DNA of 64,000 nt from Scyliorhinus canicula. Lineage: Eukaryota. This document shows, piece by piece, positions 1 through 11,680 of this stretch (positions within the stretch are counted from its first letter, which is position 1; the number at the start of each line of letters is the position of its first letter). The translations under genes were made by a program, and so were the position numbers. The notes below the pieces were generated by a model. The model did not search any database and was not told where the DNA came from. It worked only from the letters and a program-made list of their open reading frames with translations. The stretch is taken from assembly GCF_902713615.1 (NCBI RefSeq), contig NC_052149.1, positions 126,297,256-126,361,255 on the forward strand. The letters are read 5' to 3'.

Positions 1-189
1 GCAGCCATTTCGGACGGGGTTCAGACCAGCAACTACCTGCGAGCTTCGGACAACACCTACAGCGTCAGCAGCCTGCTGACCCTCTCTGGCTCTGCCTGGG
101 AGTCCAACGCCAGCTTCTCCTGTGCCCTCACCCACGTGAGCCTCTCCTCTGCCCTCAGCAAGAGCATCAGGAGATCAGAATGTGCGTAG
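1..189 (+). CDS. IGKC: Ig light chain constant exon, copy 1 (5' part outside window), kappa/type III NS4-like
   Basis: Frame 1 reads AAISDGVQTSNYLRASDNTYSVSSLLTLSGSAWESNASFSCALTHVSLSSALSKSIRRSECA*. It has the C1-set YSxSSxLTL motif, the F-strand Cys (FSC) and a penultimate Cys. Isotype assigned from recalled similarity to nurse shark NS4. Confidence 0.92.
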   Translation, partial: AAISDGVQTSNYLRASDNTYSVSSLLTLSGSAWESNASFSCALTHVSLSSALSKSIRRSECA

Positions 190-687
190 AGTGTTAGAGA
201 CAGTCCACAGAGGAGACACAACTTTAAATAGAACAGGGGTGAGCTGGGAGGGCAAAGGTCATTGTCAGCACTGAATTACAACTCTCTCCTTCTCGGGACT
301 GAGGCACTACTGAGGGCCAGGGGTTAAGACATGTTTTTGGGACAGTGCAGAGGGATATTTACTCTGCATGTAATCCCATGCAGCATTTGTCCTGGGAATG
401 TTTGATGGGACAGTGCAGACTCGTGATGCCAAGTAAAACCTCTCTAAGATGCTGAAGACTGTCAGCTGTACCAAAATAACGTGACCCCTGAAATCTCTGC
501 TTCAGGAAACCAGACCTCCTTCCTGCTCACCCTGCAGTTACAATTTAAGGTTTAGTCACCGTTTAAAGGGACAGGATTCTCATGTCATTGAGAAAATCTC
601 CATATTTTCCCTGAGAATTTCTCCAGCTTTCTCTGGCTGGGCTGTTTATTCAAGTTTTTCTTCTGACAATGTAAATCTGTAAAAGGT

Positions 688-693
688 AATAAA
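688..693 (+). terminator. Candidate polyadenylation signal of IgL copy 1
   Basis: First AATAAA I find after the stop at 189, followed by a GT-rich stretch (gtctgtgtcttgtgtgtg). Not verified by transcript data. Confidence 0.45.
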
Positions 694-744
694 CATTAAG
701 AATATTCAGTCTGTGTCTTGTGTGTGCTTTGGTAATGTCCCTCC

Positions 745-840
745 TCCCCATCAGCTGATTGGCAACATTTCAGCAAGTGATTGTCATGATTGGCTGGTTG
801 GCTTGTCAATCAATGACACATCAGCAGAACATTGGATTCA
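745..840. promoter_or_regulatory. E-box/CCAAT motif cluster downstream of C (candidate 3' enhancer), paralog at about 29895-29990
   Basis: CAGCTG 752-757, CAAGTG 774-779, GATTGG 757-762 and 788-793, and TCAATCAA. Non-repeat sequence retained in both duplicate copies. Confidence 0.25.
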
Positions 841-959
841 AAGACAATTATCAATCATTTTAAAATGAGCAGTTTGATCTGGAATCTCTGAGTTTACAAG
901 ATTCAAATCAGAAAAGAGACTGAAAGTTGCTGGGATTAAATCATCACAATCACAATTCT

Positions 960-2220
960 CCAACCCATATTCCCCACCTCCCCCTTGACCTGACCAACTC
1001 ATGTGGTCTCACTACTCCCATAGTTTCAATCACAGATAAGACCATCTGTGATCACTTCCTTGTATCACTCCCCCTTCCACACCCCAACCCTACCCCCTTC
1101 TGTATCCATCCCTGGAAAAACCTATTCCCCAATTCACTTCCAATGGCACTTTCAAAATGCCAACTATCTGTCTCTGGCCCTCCGATCACTACAACATTTC
1201 TGCAGCGACTGATTTACCCAACCTCACCCTCACCTCCACCTTTGATATCCTCGTTCCCAATAAAACTATTCCTCTCTCTCACCCTGACTGTTCCCCCTGC
1301 TACGTCCTCATTTCCACTCACTTAATCCAAGGCACATAGACTTGAAAGGATGTGGTGGAGAACTGGTTTATCCATCCACTGTCAGATCCGGCTGGACCAC
1401 TTCAAACATTCCCGGCTCCTACTCCCATCTGCTAAAACTGCTCACTATTCCAGGATCATCCTGGAATGTAAAGATAATCCCGGCTTCTTTTCTCCACGGC
1501 AGACCATCTTCTTAAACCCCTCTCCTCTGTCCCCTCCACCCTCACCTCCAACAACAAGTGGGAGGAGCTGATGGACGTCTTTGTCACTAAGATTGAGACG
1601 ATCCAATCAGCTGCCTCGGCCACGTCCCTCCCTTCCACTAGGCTGTCTGGACAAACTTCCTTTAATTCTCCCCCCTGCCCGGGCTCTGAACTCACATCTT
1701 TCTCTAGTTTCTCTCCTATCTCCCCTCATGCCCACTCTGAGCTCATCTTGACCATGAGACCCACCTCCTTCTCTCAGCTCATCTGCTCCAGAAACCCTCA
1801 TCCATGTCTCCGTTACCTCTGGACGTGACTATTCCAATACACTCCTGGCTGCTCTCCCACATCCTACCCTCCGGAAACATGAGCTCATCCAAAACTCTGC
1901 TGTCCCAGTCTGAACTCCCACCAAGTCCCATTCCCCTATCACCCCCTGTACTCACTGACCCACATTGGCTCCTAGTCAAGCAATGTCTTGGTTTTAAAAT
2001 TCTCATCCTTGTTTTCCAATCCCTCCATGTCCTCGTCCCACCCTATCTCTGGAATCTCCTCCAGCCCCACAACCCTCTGAGATATCTGCGCTCCTCTAAT
2101 TCTGGCCTCTTGTACATTCCTGATCAGAATCGCCCCACCATTGGTGGCTGTGCCTTCAGCTGCCTGGGCCCCAAGCTCTGGGATTCCCTCCCTGAACCTC
2201 TCCATCTCTCTGTCTCACAT
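960..2220 (+). mobile_element. Decayed L2 (LINE2) relic
   Basis: Degenerate L2 ORF2 C-terminus (LTDPHWLLVKQCLGFKIL...YLRSSNSGLL...AFSCLGPKLWDSLP) with an internal deletion near 1770. Confidence 0.75.
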
Positions 2221-2635
2221 TCCCCCTCTCACACTCTCTTAATTGTCCATCTCTTTGTCCGATCTTTGTTTTGTCTGAGCGATTGGCCCACTGATCTCTG
2301 GGTGGTCACACCCCTCACTACCTGTTGTTTTCTGTGATTATGGCTGTTGTCATGAGACACACAGAACATCTAGTTGTTTCACTAGAATGATGATTTATTT
2401 TTATTTTTTTTAAATAATTTTTATTGAAATTTTTTGAAAAATATATATCAACAAAACAATACAATAATAACAATAACAATAATAATAATAAACACCCCCC
2501 GGCACCCGTAACAACGCATATAACAAACCCCCCCAATCCCCCCCAACCCCAATAAACAACACAATAAATTAACAATAAGCAAATTAACTTAAACCCCCCC
2601 CCCCCCCGGGTTGCTGCTGCTGCTGACCTAGTACC

Positions 2636-5600
2636 TTATCGTTGAGACAGAAAGTCGAGGAAAGGCTGCCACCTCCTAAAGAACCCTTGTACCGACCCCC
2701 TCAGGGTGAACTTGACCCTTTCCAACTTAATGAATCCCGCCATGTCATTAATCCAGGTCTCCACACTCGGAGGTCTCGCATCTTTCCACTGCAGCAAGAT
2801 CCTCCGCCGGGCTACTAGGGACGCAAAGGCCAAGACATCGGCCTCTTTCGCCTCCTGTACTCCCGGCTCCACCCCAACCCCAAATATCGCGAGTCCCCAA
2901 CCTGGCTTGACCCTGGATCCCACCACCCTCGACACCGTCCCCTTCCAGAATTCTTCCAGTGCCGGGCATGCCCAGAACATATGGGCATGGTTCGCTGGAC
3001 TCCCCGAACACCTGACGCACCTGTCTTCGCCCCCAAAGAACCTACTCATCCTAGACACGGACATGTGGTCCCGGTGCAGCACCTTAAACTGGATGAGGCT
3101 AAGAGAGTTCACCCTCTCCAGGGCATCCGCCCATGTCCCCTCCTCAATCTGCTCCCCCAGCTCCACCTCCCACTTAGCCTTCAGCTCCTCTATCGACGCC
3201 TCCCCCACCTCCTGCATTAGCTGGTAGATGTCAGACATCTTCCCATCCCCAACCCACACCCCCAAAAGCACCCTATTCCTTACCCCCTGCGAGGGCAACA
3301 AAGGGAACCCCTCCACCTGCCACCTAGCAAACGCCTTGACCTAAACGTACCTGAACATATTCCCCGGGGGAGCTCAAACTTCTCCAGTTCACCAAGGCTC
3401 GCAAACCTCCCGTCAATAAACAGGTCTCCCAACATCCTAATGCCCGCCCTGTGCCACCCCAGGAACCTGCCATCCATGTTCCCTGGGACAAACCGGTGGT
3501 TCCCCCACAGCGGGGCCTCCACCGAGCCCCCCACTTCCCCCCTGTGTCGCCTCCACTGCCCTCAAATTTTGTGGGTGGCCGCCACCACCGGGCTCGTGGT
3601 GTACCTCGTTGGAGGGAGCGGCAATGGAGCCGTTACCAGTGCCTTCTGGCTCGTGTCTCCGCAGGACGCCATCTCCATCCGTTTCCATGCTGCCCCCTCC
3701 CCATCCATTATCCACTTACGTACCATCGAGACGTTAGCCGCCCAATAGTACCCAGAGAGGTTGGGCAGCACCAGCCCCCCCCCCTATCCCTGCCCCGCTC
3801 CAAAAAGACCCTCCTTACCCTCGGAGTCCCATGCGCCCAAACAAATTCCAAAATGTTGCTGTTCACCCTCCTAAAAAAGGCCCTCAGTCGAAAATGGGGA
3901 GGCACGGAAACAAAAACAAAAACCTCGGGAGCACCGTCATTTTAACGGACTGTACTCTACCCGCCAACGACAACGGCAGCATGTCCCACCTTTTAAATTC
4001 CTCCTCCATCTGCTCCACCAACCTAGTAAAATTGAGCTTGTTCAGAGTCCCCCAGCTCCTAGCCACCTGAACCCCCAGGTACCTAAAACTCCTCACTGCC
4101 CTCTTTTATGGGAGCCTACCTCTCCTCCTGATCTCCCGGGTGTACGACAAACAGCTCACTCTTGCCCAGGTTCAATTTATATCCCGAGAAACTCCCAAAC
4201 TCAGCAAGAATCTCCATCACCTCCGGCATTCCCCCCACCGGGTCTGCTACATACAGCAGCAAGTCGTCCGCATACAGCGACACTCGGTGCTCCTCCCCAC
4301 CTCGCACCAAACCCCTCCACCTCCCCGACTCCCTGAGAGCCATGGCAAGAGGCTCAATTGCCAACGCAAAAAGCAAGGGGGACAGGGGGCACCCCGCCTC
4401 GTCCCACAGTGGAGCCTGAAGTACTCGGACCTCCTCCCATTTGTCGCTACACTCGCCATCGGGGCCTCATACAGCAACCTCACCCATTTAATAAACCCCA
4501 CCCCAAACCCGAACCTCTCCAACACCTCCCACAAGTACCCCCACTCAACCCTGTCAAAGGCCTTCTCCGCATCCAATGCCACCACAATCTCCGCCTCTCC
4601 TTCTGCTGCCGGCATCATTATCACATTTAGCAGCCTCCGCAAGTTAGTGTTCAGCTGCCTCCCCTTCACAAACCCGTCTGATCTTCATGTATCACCCCCG
4701 GCACCCAGTACTCTATTCTAGTGGCCAAGATCTTCGCCAGCAACTTGGTGTCTACATTCAGCAGTGAAATCGGCTTGTATGAATCGCACTGCAAGGGGTC
4801 CTTATCACGCTTCAGGATCAGGGAGATTAGTGCCCGAGACATCGTCGTGGGCAGAACACCCCCCTCCCATGCCTCGTTGAAGGTCCTGACCAACAGGGGG
4901 CCCAGAAGATCTGCATATTTCTTATACAATTCAACCGGGAACCCATCCGGTCCCGGCGCCTTCCCCGACTGCATGTGGCCAATCCCTCTGACCAGCTCCT
5001 CCAACTCGATCGGCGCCCCCAGTCCCTCCACCTGCTCCTCCTGCACCCTTGGAAATCAGAGCCTGTCCAAAAAATTCTCCATTCCCCCTCCCACCGCCGG
5101 CGGCTCCGACCTGTACAGTTCCCTTTCGAAGTCCCTAAAGACCTCATTGACCTCTGCCCCCTGCCGCACCACATTCCCATCTCTATCCTTCACTCCACCA
5201 ATCTCTCTAGCCGCGTCCCGCTTATGCAGCTGGTGCGCCAGCAGCTCGCCTTCTCTCCATACTCATAGACCGCTCCCTGCGCCTTCCTCCACTGTGTCTC
5301 CGTCTTTCTGGTGGTCAATAAATCAAACTTGGACTGCAAGCTACGCCACTCCCCCAGCAATCCCTCCTACGGAGCCTCCGCGTACCTCCTATCTACACTC
5401 AACAGCTCCCCCACCAGTCTCTCCCTCTCCCTCTGCTCCCCCCTCTCCCTATGGGCTCGGATGGAGATCAGCTCCCCCCTAATCACTGCCTTCAGAGCTT
5501 CCCACACCATCCCCACCTGGACCTCCCCAGTATCATTGAACTTGAGGTACCTCTCGATACATCCCCGAACCCTCCTACACACCTCCTCATCAGCCAACAA

Positions 5601-6379
5601 CCCCACGTCCAGACGCTAAAGCGGGCGCTGATCCCGCACCTCCCCCATCTCCAGATCCACCCAATGCAGAGCATGGTCCGAAATCGCAATAGCCGAATAC
5701 TCGGCCTCCTCCACCCTCGGGACCAGTCCCCTGCTCAAAACAAAGAAATCAATGTGGGAATAAACCCTGTGCACATGGGAGAAAAAAGAGTACTCCCGAG
5801 CCCTCGGCCTCCCTAACCTCCAGGGATCCACTCCTCCCATCTGGTCCATAAACCCCCTCAACACCTTGGCCGCCGCCGGCCTCCTGCTGTCCTTGAACTA
5901 GAACGATCCAGTAGGGGATCCAGCACCGTATTGAAGTCCCCTCCCCCATGATCAAGCCCCCCACCTCCAGGCCAGGAATGCGGCCCAACATACGCCTCAT
6001 GAAACCAGCATCATCCCAATTTGGGGCGTACACATTAACCAACACCACCCTCTCCCCCTGCAGCTTACCGCCCACCATCACATATCTGCCGCCACTATCA
6101 GCCACAACCACAGACGCCTCAAACGCCACCCTCTTCCCCACCAGGATCGCCACCCCCCCCCGGTTCTTCGAGTCGAGCCCGGAATGGAAAACCTGCCCCA
6201 CCCACCCCTTCCTCAGACAGACCTGGTCCGCCACCTTCAGGTGGGTCTCCTGGAGCATGGCCACGTCTGCCTTCAGCCCCTTCAGATGCGAAAACACCCG
6301 GGCCATTCAACCCCCTCACTTTCCACGTAATCAGCCGGATCAGGGGGCAACCCGCCCCCCTCCCCCATCGACTAGCCAC
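2636..6379 (-). pseudogene. L1 ORF2 (APE endonuclease, RT, C-terminal zinc knuckle), frameshifted
   Basis: LITWKVRGLN, AMLQETHL, VNVYAPN, KAPGPDGF, SLDAEKAFD-type motif, YADDLLL and CVRC...HAHMFWAC, spread over several frames. Confidence 0.9.
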
Positions 6380-6990
6380 AACCCATCGACTGCTCGCCTC
6401 TGGCCATCACCCATTCGGCCCGTTTCACACGGCGATAGAACCTCACCCCGACTCCCCCGATCTCCTTCCTGGCCAATCCAGCAGCAACCCGGTAGCCCCC
6501 CCCCCCCCCCCCCCCCCCCCAGGCTAGGACCCCTCCTAGCCGCGACACTCCCACCACTGTACTCCCGTGAGCCAGCTGACTTCTGCTGACCCCAGCAGCT
6601 CCCGCTCTAACTCCGACCCCTCCCGATATGAGGTCCCCCCTCCTCCCCTGCATCAGCTCCTTGGCACCGCTTCAGCGCGGGAAACCCGGTCTAATAACCA
6701 CACCCCTCGCCACCAGCTCCACCCCCTCATCCCGCAGCGCGGGAAACCAGAGAAAAGCCCGCGCTTTCACACTGCCCCACCCCACCAACGCAGCTCCCAA
6801 ACCGCAGTCCCAACCCAACCACCAACTCCGTACAAACAAAGACACAGATCAACCACAAACCCCAATACCCCCCTTTAAACACAAAACCATAACCAACATC
6901 ATCCGAAAGCGAGAGAAAAAACAAAAACAAACACAATAACCCGCTACAGCATAAACAATGATACAGAAATACTCCCACAGCCCCTAATCT

Positions 6991-7833
6991 CTAGTTCGAG
7001 TCCAGCTTTTCAGTCTGCACAAAGGCCCACGCTTCCTCCGGGGACTCAAAGTAGTGATGTTGGTCCTTGTAGGTGACCCACAGGCGCGCAGGCGGCAACA
7101 TGCCGAACTTCACCTGCTTTCCACGGAGCACCACCTTCGTCCGGTTAAACACGGCTCTCCGCTTGGCCACCTCCGCACTCCAGTCCTGGTAGATACGCAC
7201 TACCGAATTCTCCCACTTACTACTCCTCACCTTCTTGGCCCATCGCAGAACACACTCCCGGTCACTGAACCGATGGAACCGCACCAGCACCGCCCGCGGG
7301 GGTTCATTCGCCTTAGGCCGCCTGGCCAGTACTCTGTGGGCCCCCTCCAGCTCCAGGGGCAGATGGAAAGATCCTGCCCCCACCAGCGAGTTCAGCATCA
7401 CGGCCACATAGGCTGGCAGGTCCGACCCCTCCAGCCCCTCCTCGAGGCCCAGGATCTGCAGGTTCTTCCTCCGTGACCGAAACTCCATTTCCTCGAACCG
7501 ATCTTGCCACTTTTTATGAAGCGCCTCGTGTATCTCCACCTTCCCCACGAGGGCCGAAACCTCCTCCTCGCGCTCAGAGGCCTGCTGCTGCAACTCAAGT
7601 ATCGCTGCACCCTGGGTTGTCTGGGTCTCCAGCAGCTTACTCGTTGTCACCTTCAGGGATTCCAACAACTCCCCTATCAGCTCCGTGAAATAGCGCAGAA
7701 GGGCCGCCTGCTGCTCCTCAGCCCACTGCCTCCACTCCTCAGGGGCTCCACCGGCCGCCATTTTGTCCACCTTCCCCCGCTTTTCCAGGGGAGCTGCTGC
7801 CGTTTTTCTCCTCGCCCCACTCCGAGTCCGCAC
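6991..7833 (-). CDS. L1 ORF1p (coiled coil + RRM + CTD), open 280 aa
   Basis: RSRRKNLQILGLEEG...LEGAHRV...PRAVLVRF...RIYQDWSAEV...FGMLPPARLWV motifs typical of L1 ORF1p (Transposase_22-like). Confidence 0.9.
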   Translation of the reverse strand: MRTRSGARRKTAAAPLEKRGKVDKMAAGGAPEEWRQWAEEQQAALLRYFTELIGELLESLKVTTSKLLETQTTQGAAILELQQQASEREEEVSALVGKVEIHEALHKKWQDRFEEMEFRSRRKNLQILGLEEGLEGSDLPAYVAVMLNSLVGAGSFHLPLELEGAHRVLARRPKANEPPRAVLVRFHRFSDRECVLRWAKKVRSSKWENSVVRIYQDWSAEVAKRRAVFNRTKVVLRGKQVKFGMLPPARLWVTYKDQHHYFESPEEAWAFVQTEKLDSN

Positions 7834-7965
7834 AATAAATCCCGGGGGGTTTTGCTCCAGACCCCTTTATCCACCGGGAATCGTCGAATCACGGTGTTTG
7901 GGGCCCTTAAAAGAGCCCACAAGCCCTTTTAAAGCGGGAGCTGCCGAACGTGCGGCTTAGCTCCG

Positions 7966-8616
7966 CATTGCCGCAACCGGAAGTCCCATAGCTGCAACCA
8001 GACGTCCCATAGCCGCAACCAGACGTCCCATAGCCGCAACCGGAAGTCCCATAGCCGCAACCGGAAGTCCCATAGCCGCAACCGGAAGTCCCATAGCCAC
8101 AACCGGAAGTCCCATAGCCGCAACCGGAAGTCCCATAGCCGCAACCGGAAGTCCCATAGCCACATCCGGAAGTCCCATAGCCGTAACCGGAAGTCCCATA
8201 GCCGCATCCGGAAGTCCCATAGCTGCAACCGGAAGTCCCATAGCCACATCCGGAAGTCCCATAGCCGCAACCGGAAGTCCCATAGCTGCAACCGGAAGTC
8301 CCATAGCCACATCCGGAAGTCCCATAGCCGCAACCGGACGTCCCATAGCCACATCCGGAAGTCCCATAGCCACATCCGGACGTCCCATAGCCGCAACCGG
8401 ACGTCCCATAGCCGCATCCGGACGTCCCATAGCTGCAACCGGACGTCCCATAGCCGCAACCGGAAGTCCCATAGCCGCAACCGGAAGTCCCATAGCCACA
8501 ACCGGAAGTCCCATAGCCGCAACCGGAAGTCCCATAGCCACAACCGGAAGTCCCATAGCCGCAACCGGAAGTCCCATAGCCGCAACCGGAAGTCCCATAG
8601 CCGCATCCGGAAGTCC
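7966..8616 (-). repeat. 21-bp tandem array (GGGACTTCCGGTTGCGGCTAT, about 31 copies) forming the L1 5' end
   Basis: Direct periodicity. The array lies inside the TSD and is contiguous with the L1 5' UTR. Confidence 0.95.
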
Positions 8617-9477
8617 AGAATGATGATTTATTGACAAACACGTGGAAAGATAACTAACAGATAACTATACAGACAATAACTACTCTATGAATTCAATGAA
8701 TTCTACTGGAACTACTCCAAGAGCGCGATTGTCCGGAAAAATTTCCAAGTGCTTAGCGAACGGGAGTTGCCACGTGTTTTCCAGCGCTCGGCCCAGCGAG
8801 GCCTTCAACACTATTCAATGTTAATTGGCCCATTTAACGAGGCCTCAGGAGTTGCCTTCCCCGATTGCCGGCTCGCCAGCTGATTCGCCAGGACCACTCT
8901 CGCCAGCCCTCCGATAACAAGGTCGAGCAGCACTTGCTCAACCAACCCCAGCCAACTCACAGCAATGGCACCGAGGAGACCGGCCCCAAGATTCAGGGAT
9001 GCTGACCCAGGGAGACTCCTGGACATGGTGGAGGTCAGGAGGGGTGTCCTGTTCCCGAGGTTGTCTGGGGGTTGTCAGCACAGGCAGTGTGACCAGATGG
9101 CCTGGTCTCCGGTGTCAGAAGAAGGTCAACGACCTACACCGGCCAGCCAGAGTGGGTAGACACCAACCCCCCACGCCCCCTCCTGCCAAGGGAACATCCC
9201 CCCAGGCGATCCCCAACCCTCCTTCACATCCACTCCCATAACAGTGGACCACATGTTTGGCTAACAATACCCTCTCTGTGTCCCCTCAGGAAAAGCTCTC
9301 CCATAATAAGCAGGACAGGGCCCAGTCTAGGGGTGAGGTGCCAGACTTGAGACTCCTCACCTCCTTCGAGGAGCGGGCCCTGGAGGTGACTAGTGTGGCC
9401 GAGGACAGGGCGGTCACCAACACGGAGAATGGCAGACGCCGCAGAGGTGAGGAACCACCAGGCTCCACCCGGAGGAC

Positions 9478-9602
9478 TGCACAATAGCACAGTGGTTGGC
9501 ACTGTTTCTTCACAGCGTCAGTGTCACTGGTTCGATTCACGGCTTGGTTCACTGTCTGTGCGATGTGTGCATGTTCTCCCCGTGTCTGTGCGGGTTTCCT
9601 CC
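9478..9602 (+). mobile_element. 5' half of a V-SINE/HE1-like tRNA-derived SINE
   Basis: A/B-box head (agcacagtggttggcactg...ggttcgattc), ending abruptly at GGGTTTCCT(CC). Confidence 0.8.
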
Positions 9603-10630
9603 AATTCTCCCCCGGCCGAGCCCTGAATTCACATATTTCTCTAGTTTCTCTCCTATGTCCCCTCATGCCCGTGTGCTGACCCTCAGATGCGGCCTCATCA
9701 GAGGGTGGAACTTGGCAGCCCCATGGGACGGGTCCGGGATGGCACTCAGTGCCCCCTCCTCCCGGTCGGCGCCCATAGGACCCTGGGGTTCACCTTGAGA
9801 CGGAGGGGCAGCTAGTTTGAGCCCCGGCTGCCCCTGCATCACCTGGCCCTGCCAACCCTGGCGGTTCCCCATGGTCGTGGCGACGCCCTCGGCGATGCTC
9901 ATCAGTGACTGGGACATTCCCCAGTGACCGGGGGAGGCTCCGCAGCGCCTCGGCCATTCCCACGGTGCCAATATCGTGCACCAGGCTCTCCATTGCGGTC
10001 GCCACCCGAGCAGTGTTGGCCTCGGTGCCACTCATTGGCGGCGCGATCTCCTGTGCCCGTAGCCTCTGAGACTCCACCAATCGGTTATGGATCTGCTGGA
10101 GTGATAATGACATGTCCCGCTGAACGTTCAGGTTGGTCCTATATCCCCGTCAGCTCTGGGTAACTCTGTACCACAGGCTCAGCATCAGGGTGGGGCCCAG
10201 CTGGGTCCTGGGTTCCAGCAGCCCTCCGACTGCTGTCTGGCCTGGGGGGGTTCCTGCCTCCACCTGATGTCCATCAGCAGCAGTGCGATTCTCACCAGAT
10301 TGTGCCCCAGAAGCCTGACCTCTGACATTTCCCAGCGAGGTGCGTGGGGAGGGTGGGGGTGACAGCTGTGACACCTAGATCATCGCATCCTCGGAGATTT
10401 TTTCCGAGATAGTGTCCTAGAGGGTAGGGATGACAGCTGTAACAACTGTGCAACTATAACAGATGGATCATCGGAGCTCTCCTCCGAGGATTCTCCTCGG
10501 AGTCAGGAGATGGGGCTGCCCAGGATGAGCTGGCGCTGTTGGCTGCTGGATCTGCGGGAGAATGGACAAGTGGTCAATGGGAGAGATGGGTCAGTCAGTA
10601 AGACAATCACTACTCATGTTTGACTGGTCC

Positions 10631-10819
10631 TAATAATAATAATTGATTTTATTGTCACAAGTAGGCTTACATTGCAATGAGGTCACTGTGAAAAGCCCCT
10701 AGTCGCCACATTCCGGCACCTGTTTGGGTACACAGAGGGAGAATTCAGAATGTCCAGTTCACCTAACAGCACGCCTCTCGGGACTTTTGGGAGGAAATGG
10801 AGCACCCAGAGGAAACCCA
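10631..10819 (-). mobile_element. 3' half of the same SINE family, inverted
   Basis: Begins at TGGGTTTCCT on the minus strand, continues through gcgactaggggcttttcacagt, and ends in an (ATT)n tail. Confidence 0.8.
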
Positions 10820-10957
10820 TGGGACAGGGCAGCATGGCTGTGTATGTGCCGCCGACAAGTGAGCCGGGGCACTCTGGCCCCAGAGCCACCAGAGGACACT
10901 TGCCAGGGGCATCAAAGGCCACAGGACGAGGTAAGCAGCTGGCTGCCCCCAACTCAG

Positions 10958-11680
10958 GGGCGGGATTCTCCGCCCCCCCGCCGGGTCGCAGAATCGCCTG
11001 GGGCCAGCGTCAATCCCGCTCCCGCCGTGTCCTGAAATCTCCGCCACATGATAATCGGCGGGGACGGGAATCGTGCTGCGCTGGTCGGCGGGACCCTGCG
11101 GCGATTCTCCGGCTCGCGATGGGCCGAAGTCCCGCCGCTGACAATCCTCTCCCGCCGGCGTGGATTAAACCACCTCTGGTACCGAGTGGATTGGCGGCAC
11201 GGGCGGGCGCTGGGGTCCTGGGGAGGGGGGGGGGGGGCGGCGTGGGGCGATCTGACCTAGGGGGTTCCCCCACGGTGGCCTGGCCTGCGATCGGGGCCCA
11301 CCGATCGGCGGCGGGCCTGTGCCTTGGGGGGCACTCTTTTTCTTCCACCTTCACCATGGACTTCACCATGGCGGAGGCGGAAGAGACCCCCTCCCCTGCG
11401 CATGCGCTGGTATGATGTCAGCAGCCGTTGATGCTCCGGCGCATGCGCGGACTTACGCCCGGCTGGCGTAGTCCTTTCGGCCCCGGCTGGCGTGGCGCCA
11501 ACGGCCGTTCACGTCAGCGGGCGGAGCGGAACCCCCTCCGCCGCGGGCCTAGCCCCTCAATGTGAGGGCTTGACCCCTAAAGGTGCGGAGAATTCTTTGG
11601 GGAGGTCCGACGCCGGAGTGGTTGACGCCACTCCAATACGCCGGGACCCCCGCCCCGCCGCGTAGGGGAGAATCCCACCC
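10958..11680. mobile_element. Harbinger-type MITE
   Basis: TIRs GGGCGGGATTCTCC / GGAGAATCCCACCC, flanked by CAG and CTG (CWG-type TSD with one change). The host sequence rejoins across it. Confidence 0.8.

Larger units (their letters stand above)
2400..8616 (-). mobile_element. Full-length L1-clade LINE with 16-bp TSD
   Basis: AGAATGATGATTTATT at 2384-2399 and 8617-8632, with an A-rich tail from 2400 on the minus strand and ORF1 plus EN-RT-CCHC ORF2. Confidence 0.93.

Noticed and set aside
7966-8616. CRISPR-like appearance of the regular arrays (also 26332-26813 and 50826-53132)
   Set aside because: Head-to-tail repeats with no unique spacers, no cas genes, and vertebrate DNA.
7907-8641. 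GYGTSGC / LRLWDF / AAMGLPV repeat ORFs
   Set aside because: Translations of the 21-bp array, with no start context or domain.
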